From contig JAWMAR010000128.1 of assembly GCA_036785375.1 (NCBI GenBank), forward strand, positions 4,774,001 through 4,838,000: 64,000 nucleotides of DNA, written 5' to 3'. The notes beneath the pieces are model-generated. The model did no database searches and was not told where the DNA came from. It was given only the letters and a program-made list of their open reading frames with translations. This DNA is from Leucoraja ocellata. Its lineage: Eukaryota. Below, piece after piece: positions 26,481-39,274 of the stretch. The position numbers and the translations under genes are program-made. How positions within the stretch are numbered: the stretch's first letter is position 1; each line of letters starts with the position of its first letter.

Positions 26481-27311
26481 CTGTTAAGATGCAATCCGTC
26501 CCTTTTGTACAGTTCCCCCTTACCCCAAAACAGATCCCAGTGATCTAAGAATCTAAATCCCTGCCCCGCGCACCAGTTCCTCAGCCACACGTTCAGGTCC
26601 CGTATCTCCCTGTTCCTGCTCTCGCCAGCACGGGGAACTGGAAGCAAACCGGAGATAACAACCCTGGAGGTCCTGCTTTTCAACATTTTTCCGAGCTCTC
26701 TAAAGTCACGCTGCAGAATATTCATCCCCTTCTTTCCGACATCGTTTGTGCCGACATGCACTACCACTTCCGGATGTTCACCTTCGCCCTTGAGGATTTT
26801 CTGCACTCTGTCCGTGACATCCTGGATCCTGGCACCGGGAAGGCAGCACACCATCCTCGCATCCCGTCTGTTGCCGCAGAAACCCCTGTCCGTACCTCTC
26901 ACGATGGAGTCTCCCACTACAATGGCCTTGCCTGCCTTAGGCCTTTTTGGTTTTGGCTCAACAGCCCTATTCGCATCACAGGCCAGTCCGCCGCTCACGT
27001 CTTCTGTCCCAACAGCTTCTAAGCGGATGAACCTGTTTACAAGAGGTACATCATCCTCCCTTTCTCACTGTCTCCCACCTTCTCTCTTCCAGTACCTTAG
27101 GTGTAACAATCGTACTGTAGGACTTGTCGAGGAACGACTCCGTTTCTCGTACGAACCGGAGGTCATCCACTTGCTTCTCCAGTTCCCCAACACGGCCCTT
27201 CAGGAGCTCTACCTGGATGCACTTTTCGCATTTGTAGCAGCCAGAGGCACCAGCGATGTCCTTGACCTCCCACATACTGCAAGCATCGCACTGAATCAGC
27301 TTGCCTGACAT
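26420..27311 (-). pseudogene. CR1 ORF1: Zn-finger/coiled-coil plus SGNH esterase, frameshifted
   Basis: MSGKLIQCDAC..CEKC plus heptad region (27051-27311). Then VVGDS, PGA, HVGTND, DGLHL (SGNH blocks) in a different frame (26420-26998). Confidence 0.85.
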
Positions 27312-27623
27312 CTCCTTCTTTCGTCTCCCTCTCAAGCGTATTGCGTGGTCTCCTCTCCTCAGCCTCCTCTCCGAAGACTCTCGAGCCAAAGACTCACACT
27401 TTTCTCACAGGGCACTTCACTCACTAGGCCGCTCACTCACTGCCGCTCGCAAAGAGCTGTCCTGCTTAAATTGACTGATAAATTGCCTGATTTACCAATT
27501 TACAGAGCAAATCCCTCAGTTTTCAACTGTTTTCACCCCTCTCCTCACACTTGGGCTAGAGCCAATCAGTCGTATCTCTTGCTAATCTGTTGCTGCTGTT
27601 GTTCCTCCCAAATCTACAGCAGG

Positions 27624-28005
27624 TCTGAAAGGGATATGTTAATCCCTACTCTTTGTTACCCGTCTCAACCAATGTTCTATCCATGTCAGCCCCCAATACC
27701 ATCTGCCCTAATTTTGCCCACTAATCTCCTATGTGGGACCTTATCAAATGCCTTCTGAAAGTCCAGGTACACTAAAGCCTTGCCCATTGCCCGTTCTCCC
27801 TTGCCCATTTTCTTGTTACATCCTCACAAAGTTCCAGAAGATTAGTCAAGGATGATTTCCCCTTCGTAAATCCATGCTGACTCGAACAGATCCTGTTACT
27901 GTTATCCAAATGTGCCGCTATTTCATCTTTTACGATTGACTCCAGCATCTTCCCCACCACCGATGTCAGGCGAACTGGTCTATAATTCCCTGTTTTCTCT
28001 CTCCC
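27624..28005 (-). mobile_element. Older CR1 LINE copy, 5' part
   Basis: GNYRPV.LTSVVGKMLES..QHGFTKGKS.LTNL. Collinear continuation of 22277-23292. Confidence 0.8.
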
Positions 28006-29944
28006 TTTTCGGCTGGTGAACCTTCCGCGACGTTGGGGCTCCCGACTCGGCCTCACCGGAGACTGCGAGCCCTTGATGTTGATTCGCGGTGGTCACGGTG
28101 GGAGCGATCCCCGGCAAGTGGTGGGGCTCACGACCGCGGTGGGCCTCACGACTGTCCGAGGAGGCTTTCAGCTCCATCGATGGTAGGCCGCAGAGCCCGG
28201 AGAATGTGATCCGAAAAATAACCTGACATCTCCGGGAAGGTAAGAGCTTGAAGGAAAGTCCCCCCCCCCCCCCAACACACACACACACATAAAACGAACC
28301 GAAGAACATTAAAACAAAACTTTTAACAAACTAAAAAATAACAAAAAGAGTGAAAAAGACGAACAGACTGCCGGCAGGGCTGCCATCTCCCCGGTGCCCC
28401 TGGTGGTCATATGTCCAAGGGTCCAATTTTGGTTTTAACTCGTTTTTTCCTCTTCACATACCTAAAGAAAGTTGCAAAACGTAGAACTAGTATGGGCGGA
28501 TAATCGAGACCTGAACTTCTGACAGCGCCAAAGTGGTACCGGAATTAAATCAACCAAAATCCTGAACGTCGGATCAGGCTCGACTGTTCCACTGGAGTCC
28601 ACCTACGCTAGTTTCTAAAGGAATATGTGCATCCGTGGTATCTCTTGCCGTGTGACCATCCCAGTTACTCATCACATTATCATTTCCAGCAGTTATCAGT
28701 GCGCTACATTCTGTAATTCGATTCCTGGATCGTTCTAAAGTCTGGTTCACCTCTCCCGAAAATTACTGTTTCAAACGAACCCGTCACCACTTTTCCTTAA
28801 TTTTTCGGCTTTGGGATCATCAACATATTTCTCGTTGTTACATTCCGCACATTACAATGGCATCGCTATACTAATGACCGTACAGAAACTCAGTGTGTAC
28901 TGGCGAATGGTTAGAAAGGAAGACAGCATAGTCCACGCTTCCCATCGATCACCCTTCCACACTAGCACTAGGGACAATTTTACAGAGACTGCATCGCCGA
29001 CAACCCCTCGCGTCTGTCGGATGTGGGGGGGAAACCAGTGAACCCCGAGGAAACTCACGCGGTCACTGGGAGAAAGTGCAGATTCCACGCTGACAGCACC
29101 CGAGGTCAGACTTCTCCCGCCCGAGTTGCGGGGTCGAAGAGCTCCTGGAGCGGGGCCTGACACCGCTGCCCCGCGCGGCTGGAATGGCCGCGGACTTTGC
29201 GAGCGCACACCGGGGGCACCGACATCAAGACCCGGTGTGCGACCTCGCACCACCCGGCGTGGCTTTAATGGCCGCGGGACAATCACCATCGCCAGCCGGG
29301 GGCTATGACTTTGACTCTGACATCGGGGGGGGGGGGGAGAGTGCAGTGGAGAGATACGTTTATTTGGCCTCCATCACAGTTATGTGATGGATGTTTATGT
29401 TAAATGTAATTATGTTGTGTCTTGGGTCTATTTGTGTGTTATGTATGGCTGCAGAAACGGCATTTCGTTTGGACCTCCAGGGGTCCAAATGACAAATAAA
29501 TTGATTCTGATTCTGATTCTGATTCTGATGGAACCCGGGACTCTGGCGCTGACAAGCAGCGGCTCTATCAGCTGCGCTGCTCGTATCAACCAGCTGCTGA
29601 TGCTTGTACTGAATCTGAAAGGTATCATATATGCATTGTCTTTTGGTGCATACATTATGTAAACTGTGCATAGCAAACCGTTGTGTAGAAAGGAACCGCA
29701 GATGCTGGTTTATACCGAAGATACGCACAAAATGCTGGAGCAACTCAGCGGGTTAGGCAGCATCTCTAGAGAAAAAGGGATGGGTGACGTTTCGGGTTGG
29801 TTTGCGTGTGTTGAGGTTTGCTGTGTTTGGCAACTCCATACATTCGGTGAACATTATGCATGCCATGCTTATTTTAGAAGACTCCGGACAACATTTAAAC
29901 AATTAGCATTCAAAGTGAAACTCCGAGTTTCGTGGGGACATCCA

Positions 29945-30200
29945 TAGATAGAAACATAGAAACATAGAAATTAGGTGCAGGAGTAGGCCATTCGGCCCTT
30001 CGAGCCTGCACCGCCATTCAATATGATCATGGCTGATCATCCAACTCAAGATCCCGTACCTGCCTTCTCTCCATACCCCCTGATCCCCTTAGCCACAAGG
30101 GCCACATCTAACTCCCTCTTAAATATAGCCAATGAACTGGCCTCAACTACCCTCTGTGGCAGAGAGTTCCAGAGATTCACCACTCTCTGTGTGAAAAAAA
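29945..30200 (-). mobile_element. CR1 LINE 3' tail fragment
   Basis: Near-identical to the 3' end of the full-length element. Confidence 0.85.
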
Positions 30201-30985
30201 AAACAGATTCAACATTGCTTTCCTCACAGCTACGAATAAAAGTTTATTCAGTCAATAATTTGCATATCTCGTGGTTACTGCTTTACATAAACAAAACTGT
30301 TATACCTTGGTTAACAGCGCCATCAGAGCTGCCCCCTCCATCGACTCCTTTAAGTCTAGACTAAAAGATTATCTGTTCTCCCAAGCCTTTCCTGACGTCC
30401 TCTGAGCGAGGGCTATTTGTATACATGTATGTAGCTTGCTTGTGTATACTATTCTTATAACAAATGTAAAGCACTTGGTCAACGAGAGTTGTTTTTTAAA
30501 TGTGCTATATAAATAAATGTGACTTGATTTGAATGTGACTTATCATGTGGGCCACCGCTTCGATCGGGAGATTAGCGGCGGTATTCCAGTTACAAAAAGG
30601 ACGGACTGTATATATATTTTGCCATCTTGTCGAAATTATTTTTAACTCGTAAAAATGCACACCAACGTCACTCTGATTCGTGTTCTGTGCCAGTGTCTCT
30701 GATACATGCAAAATGCTGGAGTGACTCAGCGGGACAGGCAGCATCTCTGGAGAGAAATAACAGGTGACGTTTCGGGTCGCCACCTTGCTGATACATGATT
30801 CATTTGTCTGGCAGATTGGCTTAATCTTTCGCGGCCATTATGCATCCAGGCTAGAGGGCGGTCCTTAACTATACCGAAGCTCCTCAGAAATGAATCTTGA
30901 ACATGTCCCAATCCTTCCGTATCCCAAGAGTGTAAGAACAATCCAGTCACCTGCTTATTAAACACGGGAAACAGTATTATTAGAA

Positions 30986-31020
30986 CTAATTTCCTCTCTG
31001 TGGATTTCAATGGGCTATAT
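30986..31020 (+). promoter_or_regulatory. Conserved proximal promoter motif plus TATA-like box, gene 3
   Basis: CTAATTTCCTCTCTGTGGATTT followed by CTATAT, starting 114 nt upstream of the ATG. Confidence 0.55.
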
Positions 31021-31099
31021 CAGAGTGCTTCTTAAAACGTCGGGAGCACAGTTTGCCCGATCCACTGACGCTTGGAGAGACTATCGCTTCCCGTGAAAA

Positions 31100-31169
31100 A
31101 TGCACGGCCGAATAAGTGGCCCAGTTTATGCCGTTTACTACCCAATGCTTGCAGCACTTGGAGTTCCAG
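31100..31169 (+). CDS. GPR139-like gene 3 (subfamily A), coding exon 1
   Basis: 70 nt, MHGRISGPVYAVYYPMLAALGVP + G|gtgagt. Confidence 0.9.
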
Positions 31170-31374
31170 GTGAGTCGCACTGTCTAACCAAATGTATTTA
31201 ATGAGCTAAACACGAAGTGCTGGAGGAACCCCGTGTAACAGACCATCTGCCCATTCCCTCCACAGATGCTACCTGACCCGTTGAGTTTTTCCATGAAATT
31301 GTGTTTTGCTCCAGATCATGGCCTCACTGTTTAATGGGTTCTATTAAAATGGTTAACGGGTTAACTCATTCATA

Positions 31375-32020
31375 GAAAGATAGACAACGTAGACAAATGG
31401 GTACACGAGTAGGTCATTCGGTCCATCGAGCTCGCACCGCCATTCAATATGACCATGTCTAATCACCCAAAATCAGTACCCCGTTCCTGCTGTTTCCCCC
31501 ATATCCCTCAATCCATTTAGCCCTGAGCTTTATTTAACTCTCTCTTGAAAACATCCAGTGAATTGGCCCCCACAGAGAAGTCCACAGATTCACAACTCTG
31601 TGGGGAAAAGCATTTCATCACCTCAGTACAAAATGGCCTGCCCTTATTCTTAAACTGTGACCACTGGTTCTGGACTTCCTCCAACATCGGGAATTTTTTC
31701 CTGCAATATTTTAAGAATGTTACATGTTTCTATGCGACCCCCTCTCATCTTTCTAAATTCAAGTGAACACAAGCCCAGTCGACCCATTCTTTCATCATAT
31801 GTCAGTCCCGCCGTCCCGGGAATTATCCTGGTGAACCTACGCTGCACTCCCTCAATAGCAATAATGTTCTTCCTCAAATTAGGAGACCAAAATTGAACAC
31901 AATACTCCAGGTGGGGACCTCCTTGCTCCTAAACTCAAATCCTCTCGCAATGAAGACCAAAATACCATTAGCTTTCTTCACTGCCTGCTGTACCTGCATG
32001 CTTAATTTCAGTGATGTACA
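31375..32020 (-). mobile_element. Degraded CR1 LINE 3' fragment (intronic)
   Basis: [12 protein letters not shown] remnant and 3'UTR. Confidence 0.8.
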
Positions 32021-32452
32021 AGGATGATTCCATGTGTGCTCTCATACATATTAGAGGCGAATCGAAATATCTATTGACAACTTTTTTTTCATGCTATCCA
32101 AGTTTGCACATTTATATCTCACTTGTCCGTAACTAATCAATGGCAACATTGCACGGGGAGAACGGCGATGGTGAATTTAAGCACCATGTGTATCCTCAGT
32201 TGTTCAAAAAAAAATCCCGCTTTACTTCACGTGGGAGTCTCTGAACTCCATTAATAACGTCGCCTGGCAAATGGAAATAAGTATGAGGTGTTGCACTTTG
32301 AGAAGTCAAATGTAGCAGGAAAATGAATAAATAATTGCGTGAGCTTTAACAGGAATGTACAGATGAATTTTGGGGCGCAAGTTAATAGTCCCCGAAAATA
32401 TCAACACAAGTCGATAGAGAGGCTTGTTTTCATAGATCGGTGCATTGAGAAT

Positions 32453-32860
32453 AAACATAGAAACATAGAAACATAGAAAATAGGTGCAGGGGTAGGCCAT
32501 TCGGCCCCTCGAGCCTGCACCGCCATTCAATATCATCATGGCTGATCATCCAACTCAGTATCCTGTACCTGCTTTTTCTCCATACCCCCTGATCCCTTTA
32601 GCCACAAGGGCCACATCTAACTCCCACTTAAATATAGCCAATGAACTGGCCTCAACCACATTCTGTGGCAGAGAATTCCAGAGATTCACCACTCTCTGTG
32701 TAAAAATGTTTTTCTCATCTCGGTCCTAAAAGATTCCCCCTTATCCTTAAACTGTGATCCCTTGTTCTGGACTTCCCCAACCTCGGGAACAATCTCCCTG
32801 CGTCTAGCCTGTCCAACCCCTTAAGAATTTTGTAAGTTTCTATCTTCTAAATTCTACCGA
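32453..32860 (-). mobile_element. CR1 LINE 3' fragment (intronic)
   Basis: (CATAGAAA)n tail and ORF2 end. Confidence 0.85.
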
Positions 32861-33406
32861 GTCAATAAGAGTAAGGAATTCATGATGCAGATTTATAATA
32901 CTTTGGCTCGGCCACATTTGAAGTATTACGTGTAGTTTTGATCGCCCCAGTGCACCAAATGTGTGGAGACTTTGGAAAGGGTGCAGAGGAGGTCTAGCAG
33001 AATGATACATGCATTGCTGTGTATTGGCTTAAGTGAACGATTAGACAAACTTGGATTGGTTTCCCCGGAACGACTGGCTTTAAGTGGAGACCTGATAAGA
33101 TTTATGAGAGGTATAGTTAATAACCTATTACCAGCATGGGGAAAAAAATACTAAAGGACACAACCTTAAGGTGAGAGGGGCAAAGTTTAAAGGGGATGTG
33201 CGGAATATGTTTTTTTTTACACAGAACGCGGTGAGCGCCTGGAACGCGCTGCCTGGGAGTTGAGGCATTAACGATCCAAACACTAATCACTGCTTGTTGT
33301 CCTTTCGGGCTGCGCGAACTGATAAAGTTGAAAGACAACATGGCAATGCTCGACTCAATGTAAATTTGTATCCCCAAATTCCTAATTTCATATGCCTTTT
33401 TCACAG

Positions 33407-34314
33407 TTAATTTCATGGCGATAGTGATCCTGTCTCGAGGAAAGTGCGGTCTCTCCAGATGCATCACGCGGTACCTGGTGTCCATGGCGGTGACGGATCT
33501 ACTGGTCGTGATCACAGCTGTCATCTTCAATCGCATTATTGGCATTTACTTTCCAATCAGTTTTATGTCCTTGACTCCCGCTTGCACTCTCAGCACTGTG
33601 ATCATTTATGCGGCCACCGAGAGTTCCGTCTGGTTAACGGTCGCTTTCACCTTTGACCGATTTGTAGCCATTTGTTGGCAGAAGTTGAAAACGAAATATT
33701 GCACCGCGAAAACAGCGGCGGTGGTCATAGCGACAATTTGTGTGTTAAGCTGTTTCAAGAGCGTTCCCTGGTATTTCATCTACGAACCCCTCTACACAAT
33801 TAACAACGTGCATTGGTTTTGTAACATAGTATCAAGCTATTACACATCAGTCCCATGGTCAATATTTGACTGGTTTGCACGGATTTTAAACCCAGGTCTC
33901 CCTTTCATTTTAATTTTACTCTTCAATGCATTGACGGTCAGACATATTCTAATGTCCAGCCGGGCACGTAGGAGACTCCGGGGTCAGGGCACTGGAGAAA
34001 ATCATAACGACCCTGAGATGGAGAGTCGGCGGAAGTCCATCATTTTACTCTTCGCCATCTCGGGCAGTTTCATCCTTCTATGGATGACGTACGTTGTCGA
34101 TTTTCTCTATGTGGAAATCTCAAACGAATCCTATTTCAGTGGTTCCAATTTCAACGACCCGAGGTTCATTCGCCAAGAAAGTGGAAACATGCTTCAGCTT
34201 TTGAGCTGCTGCACCAACACGTGTATTTATGTGGTGACCCAGAGTAAATTCAGGGAAGAGATAAGGAATGCTGCTCTGTTTCTTCGTGATCGTGTTGCTT
34301 CGTTAGTAAGATAG
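33407..34314 (+). CDS. GPR139-like GPCR, gene 3, coding exon 2
   Basis: Acceptor ctttttcacag|TT. Intact 7TM frame with TFDRF and NTCIY. Gives 325 aa with exon 1. Confidence 0.93.
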
Positions 34315-34354
34315 TTGAGCGTTGGGTTCTACATCCACTTAGACCTCTGATTTA

Positions 34355-34684
34355 CGGGCCTGTCCCACGAGCATGCGACTGCATGCGGCAAGCGCGGCCA
34401 AACCAGAAGCGGGGGACGCGCGGGGGTCGCGCGGAGGTCGAGTGAGGGGTGAAGTTCGAGCGAAGTCCGCGGGAAGTTCGCGCGTGACGTACGGCGTCAA
34501 GGCGGTGCGTACGGAGTCAAGACGGTGAGTTTTCCGGAGCCCGCGCGATGTCGGGACCAGCTCCGCACAACTCCATACGACTCCGGCGATCGAAGTGGGA
34601 CCGGCCCCGCGAGGCCGTACGGCTCAAGCGACCACGTTAGGTCGCGCTTGCCGCCTGCAGTCACATGTTCGTGGGACAGGCCCT
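34355..34684. mobile_element. Harbinger-type MITE (GC-rich family)
   Basis: TIRs GGGCCTGTCCCACGAGCATGCGACTGCA...TGCAGTCACATGTTCGTGGGACAGGCCC, preceded by TTA. Confidence 0.75.
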
Positions 34685-34998
34685 TTGGTATGCCCCGTTT
34701 TCGTCACGTTTTCTTCCTTTCAATGCAGTGATGACATTGTTCTCCTGTGTTCGAGTAAAATGGCCAATAAATTAACTGTCGTCGTATTTATTCTTGTGCG
34801 ATTGTCTGTAATTGATAGCAACCCCCAAAAAAGTACATGCAATTGGCCAAATGTAACAGAAGTAGCCCACACCCTATTGTGAGCCTTTGACTTCCGCTGC
34901 TTCCACGACATTTCCCACCCATCTTCGCATGGGATGGAAAAATACGAAACAGTGGCAGCAAAATGGTGAAACAAAGAAAAAGAGAGCGCGGAGACGGG

Positions 34999-35240
34999 TT
35001 TAAGAAGGAACTGCAGATGCTGGAAAATCGAAGGTACACAAAAATGCTGGAGAAACTCAGCGGGTGCAGCAGAACCTATGGAACGAAGGAAATAGGCAAC
35101 GTTTCGGGCAGAAACACGTCTTCAAACTGACTTCAGACGCGAAGAAGGGTCCCAACCCGAAACGTCATCTATCCGTTCCTTCCACAGATGTAGCCTGGCC
35201 CGGTTAGTTCCACCAACTTTGTGTGTTTGGCTTCAAATAG
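34999..35240. mobile_element. Inverted pair of Penelope-like pLTR fragments
   Basis: Reverse copy of the 47777 element followed by a forward related copy (GAAGAAGGGTCCCAACCCGAAACGTC). Confidence 0.6.
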
Positions 35241-35791
35241 AAGCAGCAGATCGTCCCCAATTCGATGTGTTAGTGGCTGGACGACAAAGTTCTCCCTGCT
35301 TTATTTTCGTTCTCTTTTGCCACACGTACAAAAATATTCAACTACATTTTGACGTTTCTGATTAGCTGGGTATCCAAATCACGGAATTCCGAAGGTGCAG
35401 ACTTGGGCGTTACTTCATTAACTGTACCCTTAATTATCCAGCGGTTAGAACACAGCACATAAAAACACGTTCAGCGCAGGAACAGGCCCTTCGGCCCACA
35501 ATGTCTACGGTGTACACGTTGCCAAGCTAAATCACGTACAGTGTACAAAATCATGAGTGGAATAGATCGGGTAGAGTCACAGAGTCTCTTGCCCAGAGTT
35601 GGGGAATTGAGGACCAGAGAACATAGGTTCCCTGTGGAGGGAAGGGGAAATGATTTAATGGGAATCTGAGGGGTAACTTTTTTTTAAACAAATGGTGGTG
35701 GGTGTATGGAACCCGCTGCCAGATGAGGTAGCTGAGGCTGGGACTATCCCAATGTTTCAGAAACAGTTTGACAGGTACATGGATAGGACAA

Positions 35792-36002
35792 GGTACACAA
35801 AAATGCTGGAGAAACTCAGCGGGTGCAGCAGCATCTATGGAGCGAATGAAATAGGCAACGTTTCGGACCGAAACTCTTCAGCCCGTTTCGGCCCGAAACG
35901 TTGCCTATTTCCTTCACTCCATAGATGCTGCTGCACCCGCTGAGTTTCTCCAGCATTTTTGTGTACCTTCGATTTTCCAGCATCTGCAGATCCTTCTTAA
36001 AA
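35792..36002. mobile_element. Palindromic Penelope-like insertion inside a CR1 fragment
   Basis: Inverted arms, flanked by the imperfect 15-bp direct repeat ACATGGATAGGACAA / ACGTGGATAGAACAA. Confidence 0.65.
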
Positions 36003-39000
36003 ACGTGGATAGAACAAATTTGGGGGGATATGGACCAAGCGCATGTAGGTGGGACTGGTGTAGCTGGGACATGTTGGCCAGTGTGGGCACGTTGGGCCGA
36101 AGGGGCTGTTTCCACATTATCAATCAATCAACCTTTATTGTCATCTTGCAAGCAACAAGTACAGTGCAAAATGAAAAGACGTTATATCACTCTTCGACTC
36201 TATGACTCTAAACGAATCTCATCTGGCTGCACAAGATCCATACCGTTCCATTCCGTGCACAATCCGACGCCCATCTGAACCCCTCTGAAACGCCACCACC
36301 CTATCTGCTCCCACCACCACTCAGGCAACGAGATAAAACTCCCCATCACCATATCTCCTTTAAACTTTGCACCTTTTACATTAACAAAATAATCCCTCTC
36401 GTCTTTGACATGTTCATCCTGGGAAAAGGATTCGCTATCTCTGCCCTGTCTATGCCTCCCATAATGTTGTATACTGCACCACTATAAGATCTCGCCGCAA
36501 CCTTCGGCAAGCCGGCTATTATGTGATAGATTACAGAAGTGAAAACATGCTCTTCCACTTTCACAATATCAAGTTCACGTGAACATTTTAGATTTTATAA
36601 TATGGTCACTTCCGCTTCTAAACTCGGAGAATAACGTCATGTGCTTCCCAATATCATTAAGTCGACGTTTTGTAAACACGCGCTCTGTGCACAGCGTGAA
36701 AGGTTGATATGTTAATGCTTTCAGTTTTGCAGTAATGCCAAGCTGACCATTCGATAGGAATCTTACTGAAGTGCTTACTGATGATCAGAACCCGTGTCTA
36801 ATGCACCGATGAAAAGGCGGCAAATTGGAAGTGTGAAATATGGAGAGAAGGGGAGTGGGGGAGAGAGAAAGCAAGAAGCGGGGCATTTTGGGATCCCTGT
36901 TTACCATCCCTTTGCGTCTCGGCCGCAGTACATGGAGCCGCCAATCCGAGTGTTTCGCAATTGTAAGGGAAGCAGCGCAGAAATGTTGGACGTACCGGTC
37001 TGGCTGTTAATTAAAATCACCCAAATTAGCTCATTGCCGTTCTAGGTGGAAGAGGACGGGATGTCGGCCCAAGGCTGGCACTTTGAAAGGTGAGAGTTCC
37101 ACCAGCACTACACTAGAGACGTATTAGGGCGATGTTGCTGAAGTAACAATAGCAGGGTTGGTGTAAGGCCGAATACGTGGTCCTTTGTCCGCCTTTGATC
37201 GAGGCTCCGAATTGGCGTGTTCACCTCGATACCATCTCCATGCAAGTAGGGTAACTTATGGGAAGCTGATGGTGGAGTGGCGGTGACTTGGGCAGTGGGT
37301 TCTGATTATGTGTTCCAAACCCCGACGCTGTAGGTCCATCACCCCAATGCAACAAGATGGGTTCAGGCATGGAGAGGCATGGAGAGGCATGGGAACAGGC
37401 CATTTGGCCCATCGAGTGCACACTGACCATCAACCAATCCTACACCAATTTAAACACTTTATTCTCCCCATATTATCGTCAAATACCCCCCACATTCTAT
37501 CACTCGCCGACACACAAAGGCCAATTTATAGCGGCCAATTAACTTAGCAACCTGCAAGTCTTTGGGATATGAGAAGAAAACCGGAACAGTCTGAGGGAGA
37601 ACATGCAAACTCCACACAGACAACACCCGGGGTCCGGATTTGAACCCGGGTCTCTGGTGCTGGGAGGCGCTGTGCCATCTGGAAATACAGGTTGTCTTCT
37701 GATCACATTCCCACTCTTCTCTGGGTTGTTGCGCTGTTCCTGTGATACACAACACTCCTGTCGTAAAACTATAAGCCGTTCTAATATTGGGGTGAACCTA
37801 CTCGACATATTCTGTCCCCTCCATGAACTCCTGTCCATTGAGATGTTTCACTGCGCATCACTTTCCACCGCCTTCTCAACATCGTCCAACATCGGTAAGT
37901 TCATAAGTTCATAAGTGGGAGGAGCAAAATTAGCCCATTCGGCCCATCAAGTCCACCCGTCATTCAATCATGGCTGGTCTATCTCTTCCGCTTAACCTCG
38001 TTCTCCTGCCTTCTCCTGATACCCCTGTGCTTCTGCCTTTCTTTAGCTGCTGGTAACGTCCTGGTTCATCTCTAGGCTCCCTCTGAGACACACTCTGGAA
38101 TGTGCAGTGCAAACTTTCAGCTGCAATATCCGTATACAGTCTAAGTCCAAATTGTGCATCATTTATTTCCAACTATCTCTGCTTCCCGCGCAGATATTTG
38201 ATCCCGAAACCATTCCACATCTGAGCCTCTCCCTCCTATCGTCGACCAGACTCGGGAAACCAAACTCATCTACACCGTCTGACCTAATGGTTCCTTATCC
38301 GCCCTGGAACGCATAGGTATTTCTGAAAACGCTCCTTTGAAGGCTTATGCCCCTGTCCCACTTAGGAAACCTGAACGGAAACCTCTGGAGACTTTGCGTC
38401 CCACCCAAGGTTTCCGTGCGGTTTCCGTGCGGTTCCCGGAGGTTTTTGTCAGTCTCCCTACCTGCTTCCACTACCTGCAACCTCCGGCAACCACCTGCAA
38501 CCTCCGGGAACCGCACGGAAAGTTGGGAGCATTAGTGCTGGCTGAATGTACTTCCGTCGTTTAGTTCGTATTGCGCTGTGTGGAAGGACCTTTCGTGGTC
38601 CAGATGTACTAACAAACGAAAGTCTTATTTACGTGAGTGGTACTTCGTGGTGACCCTGTGTTTGTTCCGTGTACATTACGTCGTGCCAGTATGACTTCCA
38701 TTGAAGGTAGACACAAAATGCTGGAGTAACAGGCAACATATTTGAAACATATAAGATTGTTAAGGGCTTGGACACACTAGACGCAGGAAACATGTTCCCG
38801 ATGTTGGGGACGTCCAGAACCAGGGGCCACAGTTTAAGAACAAGGAGTAAGCCATTTAGAACGGAGACGAGGAAACACTTTTTCTCACAGAGAGTGGTGA
38901 GCCTGTGGAATTCTCTGCCTCAGAGGGCGGTGGAGGCAGGTTCTCTGGATTCCATTGAGTTTGGATGCACGCATTTTGTTTCTGACGTTATTAGTTTCTG

Positions 39001-39100
39001 AAACGTAATTCAATCAACTGTAACGCGGGCACGGGGAGGGTCGGGGGGGGGGGGGCAGATGCGGAATCTGTTTGTACAACCAACGCAATAACTGACTGCG

Positions 39101-39135
39101 CTAATTGATTCTCTGTGGATTTCGAACACCTATAA
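39101..39135 (+). promoter_or_regulatory. Conserved proximal promoter motif plus TATA-like box, gene 4
   Basis: CTAATTGATTCTCTGTGGATTT followed by TATAA, starting 104 nt upstream of the ATG. Confidence 0.6.
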
Positions 39136-39204
39136 CTGGGAAGCTCCTTGGACGTCGGAAGCAGCCGCTGTCGTATCGGGAGAGACCACCGCTTCTTATG
39201 CAAA

Positions 39205-39274
39205 ATGCACGGCCGAATAAGTGGTCCAGTTTATGCCATTTACTACCCAATTCTAGCAGCCATTGGAGTTCCGG
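39205..39274 (+). CDS. GPR139-like gene 4 (subfamily A), coding exon 1
   Basis: 70 nt, MHGRISGPVYAIYYPILAAIGVP + G|gtgagt. Confidence 0.9.

Larger units (their letters stand above)
23293..27623 (-). mobile_element. Near full-length CR1 LINE (about 4.3 kb): 5'UTR, ORF1, ORF2, 3' tail
   Basis: Complete architecture ending in the (TTTCTATG)n tail. Inserted into an older CR1 with a possible 3-bp TCT duplication. Confidence 0.93.

Noticed and set aside
36915-37005. Minus-strand PDRY..ASLTI..MYCG, reminiscent of Ig V framework 3
   Set aside because: Spacing is wrong, it needs a frameshift, and there is no FR1/FR2 or RSS.
37960-38172. Minus-strand ..SLHCTF..RYQQ resembling a V N-terminal half
   Set aside because: No conserved Trp, no FR3/YYC or RSS beyond the adjacent CR1 tail, so likely chance.
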